Shown here in pieces: positions 34,183 through 46,183 of a DNA stretch of 64,000 bases. The stretch is from Schmidtea polychroa (Eukaryota): the NCBI GenBank assembly GCA_044892525.1, contig CM097887.1, positions 61,814,001-61,878,000 of the forward strand. Reading direction: 5' to 3'. Position 1 is the stretch's first letter. Each line of letters begins with the position of its first letter. The notes below the pieces were generated by a model that worked only from the letters and a program-made list of their open reading frames with translations, made no database searches and had not been told where the DNA came from. The translations under genes and the position numbers were made by a program.

Positions 34183-34780
34183 GTATTAACTTGTTACTAT
34201 TGTTAATGGACAGGACGAGTATAATTTATTGAAATTAAATTTTGTATTTTATTTCGTTAATTAACAAATAATATATTCACAACTCTCAACAAAATTCAAT
34301 GACTCTTAATTAATTAATATTTCATTTCTTAAAAATTAATTTTACTAATTACGAAAATATTAAAATTTCTACTTAAGATTTGCTTAATAAAACAATTTAA
34401 TCGACTATAAATTATTAATTTCTTTACAATTGACTGAAGAAAAATTCTTCTATTTAGGCATGCACTGGAAAAAATAATAGAGAAAATTCTTCCACAATGT
34501 CCATTCTATATAAACAGTATCCATGGTTACAAAAAGGTCTAATAAACAAACAATTACATAGTCAATTTATTCACAGAGGCTGACGCTATCTGGTGGCATT
34601 GTTGAAAATTTCCCACCATTCATTACTGGTAAATCAAATAGGACAAAACTAAACACACTGAACAAAAAGAAATCTTGTTAGGTATTTTATTTTGTTTTAA
34701 TTGAATTTTGTTTTTCAGTAGAATTTAGAGAAGAAACAATTCTATAATAAATATTGTGGCATAGTTTCCGCAACGGCACC

Positions 34781-35332
34781 ATGTCAATTGAAAACAAACG
34801 AACAAGCATTATTGAGTTTGAAATTCCAAAACCGATTTCTAATAATCTTGACAGACGTCAGTCAATTATCCGAGGCCGTCGTGGAACACTGGTTAATATT
34901 CAGAAATCTCGGGGAAGTATTTGGAGTATGCAAAATCCTGGTAAAAAGTCTTTACTATCTCTTCCGATTCAATACGAGAACACTTATAGAATAATGCCAG
35001 AAAATCATGAAAAATTCACGATGAAAACGATTCGACAGATTATTCAAGATGTTTTAAGCGATTGTCTGTCTGGTGTGAAATACGACGGAAAAGTTGTTCC
35101 AGACCTAAGCAAACTGATTGCTGACCGAATCAAGAGACTCGTTCGAGATTTGTGTTACAATAGATTTAAATTAGTTTGCATCGTCTTCATCGGTGATAAA
35201 TCTGGTGCAAATGTTTGCATTGCAAGTCGATGTCTATGGAATACAGAAAATGGAGACGACGTTGCCCAAGCCAGCTTTGATGGGGGATCAATCTTTGCAA
35301 TAGGAACTGTATTTGGATTGTACTTTGAGTAA
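34781..35332 (+). CDS. Second Tctex1-domain dynein light chain (183 aa)
   Basis: ATG at 34781; YENTYRIMP...YDGKVVPDLSKLIADRIKRLVRDLCYNRFKLVCIVFIG...ASRCLW..GDDVA...VFGLYFE. Confidence 0.9.
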   Translation: MSIENKRTSIIEFEIPKPISNNLDRRQSIIRGRRGTLVNIQKSRGSIWSMQNPGKKSLLSLPIQYENTYRIMPENHEKFTMKTIRQIIQDVLSDCLSGVKYDGKVVPDLSKLIADRIKRLVRDLCYNRFKLVCIVFIGDKSGANVCIASRCLWNTENGDDVAQASFDGGSIFAIGTVFGLYFE

Positions 35333-35583
35333 ATATTTATGTAAGAAATGTTTGTTTTCGCATCATTTATTGTTGATTTATTTTCTTACTTATAACTTTT
35401 TAAAATCAAGATTTTATCATCAGAAAGAATATTTAAATATTTATAATTAGTTTTAATTGAAGAAATGATTTTCCTTTATTTGTGTGACCTTAATTTTAAT
35501 TGTGATAGTTTTCATTTAATTATGATAAAACTGGGCGCCTTCCGGGGTTAATTTTTCAAAAAAAATAACCTTTGACATCATTA

Positions 35584-35653
35584 CAGCAGCCGCTCGGTTA
35601 ATTCCACATACTGAATCTAAGTAAAAAATGCGGAATTAACTGAGCGGCTGCTG
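35584..35653. mobile_element. 70-bp hairpin MITE with TA flanks
   Basis: TA|CAGCAGCCGCTCGGTTAATTCC ... GGAATTAACTGAGCGGCTGCTG|TA. Confidence 0.7.
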
Positions 35654-35927
35654 TATTATATTCTTAATTATTAAAATAAGTATTTTTATTATACACTTTT
35701 ATATTGAACAATATAACTTCCCTAATTTTATTTCTTGAAAATCTCGAAATTTGTTCTTTTTGAAATTAACAAAACTAAATAAATGTCAGTCATACTTTCT
35801 CTATTAATCTACATAAATATCATTCTAGTATGACATCTTACGATATTGCAAACTTTAGCTAGATATAGTGTGCATTTTATTATTATTATTACTTTATCTA
35901 AATTTAAAACTTTAACTGTAACATATA

Positions 35928-36105
35928 CATGCGCGTACGCAGGGGGCGGGGGGGGGTTACTGGAGGTTTAACCCCCCCCCCCCCCCCATGATTCCAACAA
36001 ATAAATATAACTAAAATATAAATACCCCCCCCCCCCTCTATATATATATATAAAAATAATATATATAAAACCCCCCTCCATGGATTCATCCTGCGTACGC
36101 GCCTG
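35928..36105. mobile_element. hAT-type MITE
   Basis: TIR CATGCGCGTACGCAGG / CCTGCGTACGCGCCTG, perfect 8-bp TSD AACATATA, internal G/C runs. Confidence 0.85.
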
Positions 36106-37509
36106 AACATATACATTATCATATTGTATGTACGAGTAAAATTCACTCAATTTGGTAGAGATATGAATAAAGTAAACCAAATTCATTATGAAGTGCATAT
36201 TTGAAAATAGTTCTTACCAATCTGGGTTGTTTTCTGAAGGGAACATAAAACTTCTTTGCAATTCGAAAATTTTGACAATATTTTGGTTATGAATCTGAAC
36301 CGTCAGTGTCCACTCTACTACGCAGTCTTGAATTAAAAAAACATTTAAGTAGATTATAACTTGTAGAGTTTAAGTGAACATATTGTTAAAGTCTATTCTC
36401 AGTAGCAAGGAAATGTGTTAATTTTATTGAAGTACTAACGTTTTAATTTATTGAAATATTTCAACACGGGATCCAATGATAGGCACTGTACTTTTCAAAA
36501 ACAATTTTCATTTTCATTTTTATTAATTTCTCTGGTATTTCAATAAATGTTTAATTTTTATATGTCTTTGAATATGATCTTTTAATAGTACAATCGATTT
36601 TCTTAATTAAAGATGAACAATTTCTATTTTTTTATGTGTGTAAAGGTTAGTTGAAAAGGCACTGCTTGACATGTATAGACTGTGAATTTGAAGTAAATAA
36701 TATTGCCATTTAGTAGAGAAATAAATTCTAAACACTGTTAGAGTGAAAATATCTCATGTTTTTTAAAATGATATGAAAGTTCAAAAAATGGTGCACTAAA
36801 AATATTGTAAAATGTCCATTAAATACAGAATTTAATTTCAAATTATCGAGTTTTTAAATTCTTTTAAAAAATTAAAATTGATGACGTAATCATTGATTAA
36901 AAAAATAAAATATTGTGTTATCATCGATAAAAAAAAATTTTAAAAAATGAGGGTTTCCCAAAAACATTTGTGAGAGTCGAGGATTAAGAGTGCATATATA
37001 TACTCACAATATTTGAAATTTCTAACTTATTATCTTGAATATTAGGTATTAGTTGGTATTAGTTGATATTCAGGCCGGGAAAAATAATTTTCTTTTAAAT
37101 TTTCTTTATATTGCAATCAAAAATACACCATCAAAATTGTCAAATTTGTGGCATTTGTACTTTCTCCCAGATTCAAATAAAAGTACTTGATATCGATAAT
37201 CGATAAACCGATAAACCGATTAATTGGACAAAAATATCACTTTAAAATTATTGATAAATCCTCTAAATATTATTGATAATTCGATAAAAGACACACATTT
37301 TTCAATTTCTGAAAAGTTTTTCAAAATTTTGGATAGTTTAATATTTCAACTAATTAATTTAATTTGTTTTTACACTTAAACTGTTTAAATTGTTTGTTTG
37401 TAAAATTGTTAAATTTGAACTTCTCCTACATTTTGGTAAATTTTATAAAAGGTAACGAGTTTTTTTAAAATTTTATATATATTATACGTGTTGATATTTT
37501 TCAAGGCAT

Positions 37510-38760
37510 GGCGAATATTACAAATGTAAATGATTAGAATAGAGATTCACCGTGAATTATTTTAACCGCACTAAAGATGAATATGCAGTTATATGCACAA
37601 TTCAAGGTTGCTCAAAAACCATAAAATTTTCAGGCGAAACTACTACTGGTTTACGAAGCCCTCTTAGAACACGGTATAAGATAAATTTATTAAAAAGATA
37701 TCTAAATTGTGGAACCTCGAGCTCAAGCGAAATAAAAAATGTAAAAATATCAACCGAAGCTAATTTTTCTGGTAAAATTACAAAATTTTCCACCAAAACC
37801 ATTGATTAATCTCTACCTGCAATAATATCTCGGATGACAAGCAAAGACGGTCTGGCATTTAAAACATTTTGTACGTCATATGATTTGAGAGAGCTATTAA
37901 AAACTAAAGATCATCAATAAATTCCTAAATCATTCAACACAATTAGGAATATAGTTTTATCGTATTCTCAAAAAATGAATGATGAAATGATAAATGAGTT
38001 ATCTTCACGAACTGTTCGCGGTGAAAGATTTAGTTTGACGTTTGACGATTGGACATTGGTTAAAAATCGCCGATATATAAATATTAATATTCACGTGAAT
38101 AACATATTTTGGAACCTTGACTTAACGCGAGTGTATGGATCGATGCCAGCAGAGAAGTGTGTTGAACTACTTGATGAGAAATTGCATGAATTTTCATTTT
38201 CTAATTGATAATATTATTTCAATAACAATGGACGGTGCTTCCGTGATGACAAAAGTGGGAAAATTAGTAAATGCTGACCATTGGCTATGCCTACCACCTG
38301 ACATACACTTATTTGTGGTAAAATCCTTTATAAAAAAACATACCGTAAATGAAGAATTAAATAATTTTGAGAATCCAGATAATGATGAAGATGATTAAAA
38401 TTATCTAGATGATGAAAGTGAAGAAAATGACGGTTTTGATGTGATTAATGGTACGCCCATAGAAGAAGTTTCAAATATAATATTGGACTCAAAATATGCT
38501 TCCCATTAAAGTGGCGGTGGAAACACTTTGTTGTCGAGACACAAATCTATTTAGTGCTGACATCGCTTTAAAATGTATGCTGGATGAACTGTCTCAACAA
38601 AACAGCTGTTTAAGTAATCAATGTAAATTAGAATTGATTTTACGTATCAAGGAACGCCGAACAACTTTTGCATGTTTTTCAATATTTGAATAATCAGCAA
38701 GGCTAATTTACATCAAACGAAGAAGATTACGATATATTCTATCAAAGAAGTAAAACTTCA
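37510..38760 (+). pseudogene. Decayed hAT transposase (BED finger plus catalytic core)
   Basis: BED-like ICTIQGCSKTIKFSGETTTGL, FSLTFDDWT..KNRRY, SITMDGASVM..VGK; many stops and frameshifts. Confidence 0.75.
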
Positions 38761-38809
38761 ATAACTAGAGCTATTGTAAAATTATTAACTAAATTTTAGA
38801 ATTAAATTT

Positions 38810-39010
38810 ATCATCTCGATCGATTGCTCAATTACAGAGATAGAGTAGAAGGAGTCAGAATCCAATCACATTGGTGTCATAAATGTCTTCACGAGTTTCG
38901 AAAACGTCTTTCTTTTGAAAGACATATAGGTTTTTGTAGGTAGAATGTGGAGCAGACGACTCTATACGCAATGCCAGAGAATAGATATATCGATTTTAAA
39001 TACTGGAATA
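38810..39010 (+). pseudogene. Fragment of the PolB family (zinc-finger region)
   Basis: LDRLLNYRDRVEGVRIQSHWCHKCLHEFRKRLSFERHIGFCR*...TTLYAMPENRYIDFKYWNKTI resembles LNRFLNCRNSSITPVRICSQWCPRCLNGF...TTLYTLLKNKYLEFTDWSKTV of the large PolB ORF. Confidence 0.75.
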
Positions 39011-39044
39011 AAACTATAAAACAATAAAATGTAATAATTCAAAT

Positions 39045-40210
39045 ACAGTAGCTGCTAGCTTTGAAGTCGCTAAAGTAATTCCCAAAAAAGAAAAACCGTT
39101 CAGCGATGGAGACTACATCAAAAATGCATGGATAGAATTTGTGCCATTTCTCTTTGGGGATTTTACAAATAAAGATAAAATAATTCAAAGAATAAAAGAA
39201 TTGCCTATTGCTCACAACACAATAAAAGACAGAATTCTTTCTTAGATCTTTTGAAAGTCGTATCTGTAACTACAAACGGTGCACCCAGTATGATTGGTAA
39301 AGATTCAGGATTTGTCAATTTATTTACAAAGTGTGTTAGGCATCCATTTTTGGGCTTTCGTTGCATAATTCACTAGGAAACTTTGTGTGTGAAGAACGGC
39401 CTTAAATTAGTTGATGATACAATAAAACTTGTGACTAAAATAGTTAACTATATCGCCGCACATGCACAAACAAAAGAAAGTTTGAAACTTTGTTAACCCT
39501 TTCCAGCCCAAATTTTTTCAAAACAAAAAAAAATATATGCAGTAAGTAGGTACCAAAACTACTTATTTTATCATAAAAATATTTTACTTCATTTTTTTTG
39601 TTGCCCCCTTAGAAAACTGTTAAAAACATATCTTACTATAGTTCTCACTAGTTACTGCCAACCGTTTTGGTAGTAGAGAGAAAAAAACTGAGTTTTTAAC
39701 TAATGATTCCATTTGGAATCACTGGGCTGGAAAGGGTTAAATGAAGTCAACTCGGTGTACAATGGTTTAACTATGTACTATAATGTTCGTTGGTTAAGTC
39801 GCGGCAAAGTTCTACAACGTTTCGTCGAATATTTGAATGAAGTACGGATGTTTTTGGATGATGAGAAACCAATTCAGTATACAGAGTTATCAGACGTTAA
39901 GTGGACATCAAGATTAATGTTCTTTACGGATTTTTGCTCTCATTTGAATGAGCTGAATATTAAACTAGAAGGTTTTGGGAAAACCATTGATATTATGTAT
40001 GATCTCATCAAATCATTTGAAGCTAAGCTAAAAATATTTAAATGCAGAAATTTTAAGTATTTCTCAAATTTAAAAAAAATATATGATGGACTTAGAAATT
40101 CATGAAAACCCGATGTAACAAAAATAATAAAAGAATAATAAAAGAATTCAACAATATTTTAGAAGCTACAATTGAACAATTTTCGGCAAGATTTATACAA
40201 TTTCGACAGT
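39045..40210 (+). pseudogene. Decayed hAT Buster/SPIN (GTF2IRD2-like) transposase
   Basis: KPFSDGDYIK, SVTTNGAPSMIGK, RCIIH*E, YYNVRWLSRGKVLQRF, TDFCSHLNELNIKLEG; interrupted by a piggyBac MITE. Confidence 0.85.
39497..39736. mobile_element. piggyBac-type MITE nested in the hAT remnant
   Basis: TTAA|CCCTTTCCAGCCCA ... TGGGCTGGAAAGGG|TTAA. Confidence 0.9.
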
Positions 40211-40299
40211 TTGAGGGTTAACCGTGCAGCAGGCGCGCTGAGTAATGACGGGAAGTCTCTCCAATATATATGGCATTACATTTTCTTTTCAATAATGAA

Positions 40300-40867
40300 T
40301 AGTATCAATAAATAGATGGAGTTGCTATGGGTTCTCCTTTAGCACCAACAATGGCTTCAATTTTTTAGCAAACTTAGAAAAGAAAATTGCATCTTTCCAA
40401 TCTATGAAACCCACTGTTTATAAACGGTATGTGGATGATATTTTTTTATATTTGAAAATCATAGGCATGTTGATCCGTTTTTGCATTATATGAATAGTCT
40501 ACATAAAAACATTGTATTCACATGTGAAACGGAGAAAAAATCATCACTTGCTTTCTTGGATCTGTTAATACAACCCAAAGCGAAACACTATGAGACCGAG
40601 ATTTATAGAAAACCAACTGATACTGGTCTCTATACTTCATCCGAAAGTCTTTGTGAATTCAAGTATAAAAGAAATATAGTGAAGGGTTTGATTTATCGTT
40701 CATGGTCTTTGTATTCTACTTTTGAAAATTCAGTAAAAAGTGTTGACAAATTGGCTGAATTATTAATGAAGAATGGTTATTCAAAATCCTTTTTATTAAT
40801 TATGGTAAAAGAGACTGTTGACAAATTTATTAAAAATCCTAATTCCCGGGAAAAAAATGCGTTTTAA
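40300..40867 (+). pseudogene. Penelope-like (PLE) reverse transcriptase fragment
   Basis: DGVAMGSPLAP, YKRYVDDIF, FTCETEK..LAFLDL, IYRKPTDTGLY, LMKNGYS. Confidence 0.85.
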
Positions 40868-41404
40868 GGGTCGCTTTTTTTGGCCTGTCTATGTTTGGTA
40901 GCATTCGCCCGCAAATTATTGAGAGTCGAGAAAGTTGATAGTGTTAAAAAGCTACTGATTTTGACACTATCAGCACGTTTCTGATAAATTTCTGATAAAA
41001 ACTTAAAAAATGATTTATTGCAATGATTTAAAAAACATCATCTTTTGAAAAATATGGAATAAAAAAGTATTATAACCTGATTTAATTTTATCTATATATT
41101 ATATGAATAAAATCCTAAGAAAATTATGTTAACTGTATGAAAAATACAAATTTATTGTAAAAACATGTGTATATTACACACAAAGCGACAAACTAAAATT
41201 TTAATTGAGCCATTTTGTAGAGAATTAAATTCTGCCTATACATGGTTACACTTAAATCCCAATCGGCCAAAGAGAAAAGAGACAAATGGGTGAAAAAGAG
41301 AGAGAAAAAACAGTAGAGTAGGGTAATGTGTGGAGCCGGGTGAAACCTTTGCATAGATCTCTTCAAGACCTTTCGAATGATGTGAATAAAATATAATTAA
41401 ATTG

Positions 41405-41842
41405 TAAAATACCGCAACGTAATATAAATTTTAAAATACCGCAACGTAATATATTTAAAAAAAATTTAAAAGGAAAAAAAGAAATTTAAAAAAAAATTTA
41501 AAAAACCCCATTCCCCCGGGGGTATGACGTCATATGTCTTTGTGACGTCATCGATGACGTCATATGTCTTTGTTCCCGGCTACCACACATTTGTAGTAGG
41601 GTATTGTGTGGACCCGGGAACAAAGACATATGACGTCATCGATGACGTTACAGAGACATATGACGTCATACCCCTACCCCCGGGGGAGGGGGTATTTTTT
41701 TAAAAATTAAAAAAAAAAAATATTACGTTGCGGTATTTTAAAAAATATATTACGTTGCGGTATTTTAAAATTTATATTACGTTGCGGTATTTTAAAATTT
41801 ATTATATTTTAATTATTAAATATATTACGTTGCGGTATTTTA
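41405..41842. repeat. Long imperfect palindrome with CRE arrays and 21-bp iterons
   Basis: Apex near 41597 (ccacaca..loop..tgtgtgg). TGACGTCA at 41525, 41543, 41555, 41631 and 41661, plus TGACGTTA at 41643. taaaataccgcaacgtaatat twice on the left and four inverted copies on the right. Confidence 0.92.
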
Positions 41843-42142
41843 AAAACTTATTTTGACGGTTAAGTTGACAAAATAAAATTATTATTACACACAATATAGT
41901 CTATCAGACAAGATATTCTGTCACACACAATGTATAAAAAATATTATTAGTGTCCACACAACAAGTTAGTGTTCTCATCGATAGCTATTGGTATATTATT
42001 ATTAATCTATATACTCCGAATCTATCCGACAAAATATTCTGTCCCCCTATGGGTACTGCTCACAAGGGTACTGGTCACGCTCAACAACTCGCAAAGGTAC
42101 AATGATATTATTAAACAATGTAATAAAACACATATTTTCTAA

Positions 42143-42144
<2 letters not shown>

Positions 42145-42222
<78 letters not shown>
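42145..42222. repeat. (TTA)n microsatellite
   Basis: About 26 perfect units. Confidence 0.95.
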
Positions 42223-42224
<2 letters not shown>

Positions 42225-42482
42225 ATTATGGGTACTGCTCACAAAGGTAAAGGTAACAAATGTACTGCTAAAAAAATATTCAAGACAAAACATTAACAAA
42301 GAAATTATACTTTAAATATACACTAAAATTTATTAACACACTGGGTAAAGGTCATAAAGGTAACTACCAAAACTTTAACATATTATTATTACACACAATG
42401 TATAAAAATTGTTCACAAAGTTACTGTTAAAAAAATATTCAAGACAATATGACTAATATATTTATTAAATAATTTAAACACA

Positions 42483-45400
42483 TCATCGAAAATAATCATG
42501 TCCAAAATAATTATCATCTGCTGGATCATGGAAATCATCTGTATCATCTGCTGAGATAGCTTCCGTTGAATCTATAAATATATCGGTGTCACCGCCCCTA
42601 TAATGGCCATATGCCAAACTTTGATTTTTATCCACCCAATTTCGCTTATCATCTCTACATGTCAAGGCTCTTTTATTATTTTTAATACTAAAAAGTTGGT
42701 GATTTTTTGACGTTATTCTAAACTGAGGGACTGTGTATATTTTATCATTTAAATAACAATCTAGATACGTCTGATGTGTTAGTCCAGTATCTTTCATACT
42801 TATCCCCTTAGCCTTCATACTTTCCTCATCACCCATCAAACTGTAACATTTAGGTCTCAAGAACACCCAATCTTTATATAATAACCCTTTATTCTCGTCT
42901 TTGAATTTACCAATGACAGAATCAAGGTTCCTACTATATAAAGGATGATTTGGGTCATAATTCGAAGTATCTAATAATTGATCTCTATCATCGCAGGTAA
43001 AAGAATGTCAAGACTACAATGTTTAATTTCCAAGAAGAAGGAATCTGTGTCTCCAGCAACGATATTAATTTCGCAGTTGAATTCGTCGCGATATTTTTGC
43101 AACTCTTCATACTGCAGCTGGTACATCCTGAGTTTGGATAAATCAAGTACGGTTTGACCAATGTAACTAGGTCTATTCAAACACACTATGTCCTTCCTCA
43201 ATAAAACCGAAATCAAGTCATCATCGATTTTCGTGGATTTACGAAAAGTCGGTTTCGAACAGAATGTTAATAATCTCTGTGAAGAATTACACAGACGTAA
43301 ATTAATACGTTTTTTAAGATTTTCAACAGTCTTGCCGTAAAGACTGTTGTTTAATAACTTATAAAAATTTTTATCGAGTTTATTTGTCGACGCTGCTCGT
43401 AACGCCGTATTTGTGTTAATATAATTTTTGAAAATTTTATCTTGTTTAAATTTAATTGCTCTATGTGTTTTTGATATTTTAACACCTAATTTAATAAATA
43501 TTTGTAGAAGCCTCCAATGAAGAACATAGTTCCTCTTGGGGCTGTGTGTAAGCAACAGCTTCTCTATTTTCGAACCCGGTACACACATCTTTTCAGCGGC
43601 AACGGGAAGATCGTCCAATTTGTCGTGAATTGACGTCGGTATTTCTAAATCCACTTCTATGGTATAACCATAATCAAGCAGATCTAAATCTACCGTTGTG
43701 CATTCAACAATTATATTATTTAATAAATTATCATCAGTAACCCATTCAAAGTCACTGCAAGGTAATGGTTGACTTAAAGCCCAACCGTATAAATTATTTA
43801 TATCTATGTAAAGCAAAGCGGTATCCGGGTCTGTTTTTACATAATGTTTATTTACAAAAGTTAGTCCGCCACGGATACCGCCCTCGAAAAAGTTATACAT
43901 CTCCATATCGGTGAGGAGCTCAATTGGAGAGTTTAAAGTTAATAAGGCTGAATTCCAAGACATACCTGGAATCCCTAAGAAATTTAATGGCTCTAGTCGG
44001 TTATGAGCAATGGACTTAGCTCTAAATTGCTGGAAAAAATCGACTAAAAGGAAAACATCAAGTTTTAAATAAACCATCATGTAATCGAAAAGTGAAGTAC
44101 ATGAAGTTTCAACCCAAATTCGCTGAGCTGTCTCATATTCAGCGGGAGTCACATCTTTCCAAATAGGAGGTAACTGACGAGTGTTATGTAAAACCTCTAA
44201 TGAAGTTGCGGCATCATAAGGAAAAATCCCCTTTGCAGTTATTATTGTACCCTGAAATTCTGATTCGGTCAAGGGTAAAGATGATAAAGTTTTGACAGCA
44301 TTATTTAAAGACTCGCTGACAAATTGATAAGAGTCTATAAATTTAACAGTTAATGAGTCAATCCTAGCAAAAAGACTAAGGAATTTCTCGCTGGTTAAAG
44401 GAATACAACTAATATTCCATGAATGATATTTTGAAAGGCTAAATTTCAAGATATGATGCAGATCATAACCCTTTAAATTATGAAATACTACAGGAAGGGT
44501 ATGTCTAATTTGCCTCGACAGATTACAAGTTGTACAAGCGGCACCGAGATATAGACCGGTAAAATGATCATGGTCCCTAACTGGACTAACTAAAGGCTTA
44601 TTGCACAAATAGCATGATGTGCGGTTTTCAAACATTAATTGTTGCTCATCTGTAATTATCATTTTCTTTTGATAATTTTTATAATAATAAGGAGTTACAA
44701 TATATTTCCCTATCATTTCAATTTCAGTAAGAAATTGATCGACACAATCTAAACCGGTGAACGACTTATAAATTTTTACGCCCGTAAAATTAATAATAAA
44801 AAGCATACCGGCAGAAATAGGCAGATGACGTTGAAAGTAGCGAGTGTCTTTAGGTAAGATAGCCTCAAAGTCAGCGTAAATAACAAAGGGAGGAGTGACT
44901 GTTTTACTCCAATCAGTAAATTCTAAATATTTATTTTTAAGCAATGTGTACAAGGTAGTACCAAGCTGATTTTTATCGCAAAGACCCTTATGTCTATTAA
45001 AAGCGTCATCATTTCTAAAACCGTTTAAACATCTAGGGCACCACTGACTACAAATCCTAACAGGAGTGATTGAACTATTCCTACAATTAAGGAATCTATT
45101 TAGGTCTGTGATTCCAAGATAATGATAATTATCATTCTTTTCAATTAATAATAAATTGATAGGTATGGCTCCTACTATCTTACTCCTGTATATTATATCA
45201 ATAAAGGGATGTTTCATAACTGCATCTTCATCGGAAATGTCAATCAAAGCCTTTTCGTTATAAGTAAGAACATTTATACTATAACCTGGATTTTGTTGTT
45301 CAAATTTACTTATATTTGATAGTTTCATCGGCATATCATTAGGATCAAATTTAATTTCAGAAAGATTGTATGAATTAGGGCGATTTCTATATTGCCTATT

Positions 45401-46183
45401 TATACTATCATATTTAATAATTGACAAGAAACTATACAAAAAACAGAAGTGGTCATTATTAACTACATTAACGAGACAGCTTAAGTTTCTTAAAGATTTT
45501 GGGGTTTCAATAAAACTTCTACCACTTAACCGACTTATTTCAGCAAATTTAGTCAGAACAAAGCTTATGTATTCTATTTTATTGATAGTCCAATTACTAC
45601 CTTTCTCATTAATTTTAATTATTTTTTCATTTAAACGAGCAATACCTTCGTCAATGAATGTATCGCTCCAAACTCGGGCGGAATTCGAGATTACAAAAGA
45701 TTGTAACTCATCATCTTTTATAAATTCCACCTTTAGACAAAATTGAATTTTACATGATTTTAATTTATTTACATATAATTTTAATTTATTTATTAAAATG
45801 TCTGGTACAGAGACCGTTTTTAAATATAAAGACGAAACGTCCATTTTTAATATAATATGATTATTATTTAAATCACTGGTGACATCTACGACACCATAAC
45901 CTATTTGATTAATATTATTATAATTATTATTATTACCATTATTATAATAAATATTACTACTACTATTATTATTATCAATTTCATCATCACTTAGTGTAAT
46001 TACATCAATAACTTTAGATTTTTTACTTGGTATTGAATTTATTTTTTCATTATTTTTTCTTTTATTCATATTAATTAGATTATTTATTTGATCATTTAAT
46101 TTATTTACTTGATCTTTTAGTTTAGTTATTTCGTTTATATCATTATTATTGGTGTTGTTAGTATTATTATTATTGGTGTTGTT
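42483..46183 (-). CDS. Protein-primed-type family B DNA polymerase (Polinton/adintovirus-like) with an endonuclease VII insertion; one frameshift near 42985
   Basis: ExoI YADFEA, ExoII HNLKGYD, ExoIII YLKLDVFLL, pol A YIDINNLYG, pol B KLLNNSLYGKT, pol C AGDTDS, then GKFKDE / KCY / KAKG in the shifted frame (ORF 42483-42866). The frame stays open upstream of ATG 46069 into the N gap. Confidence 0.92.

Noticed and set aside
41405-41842. Spaced 21-bp repeats as a possible CRISPR array
   Set aside because: Eukaryotic context, inverted orientation on the two sides, spacers of only a few A/T bases, and no cas genes.
42102-42299. ORFs with poly-Ile or poly-Asn
   Set aside because: Translations of the (TTA)n microsatellite.
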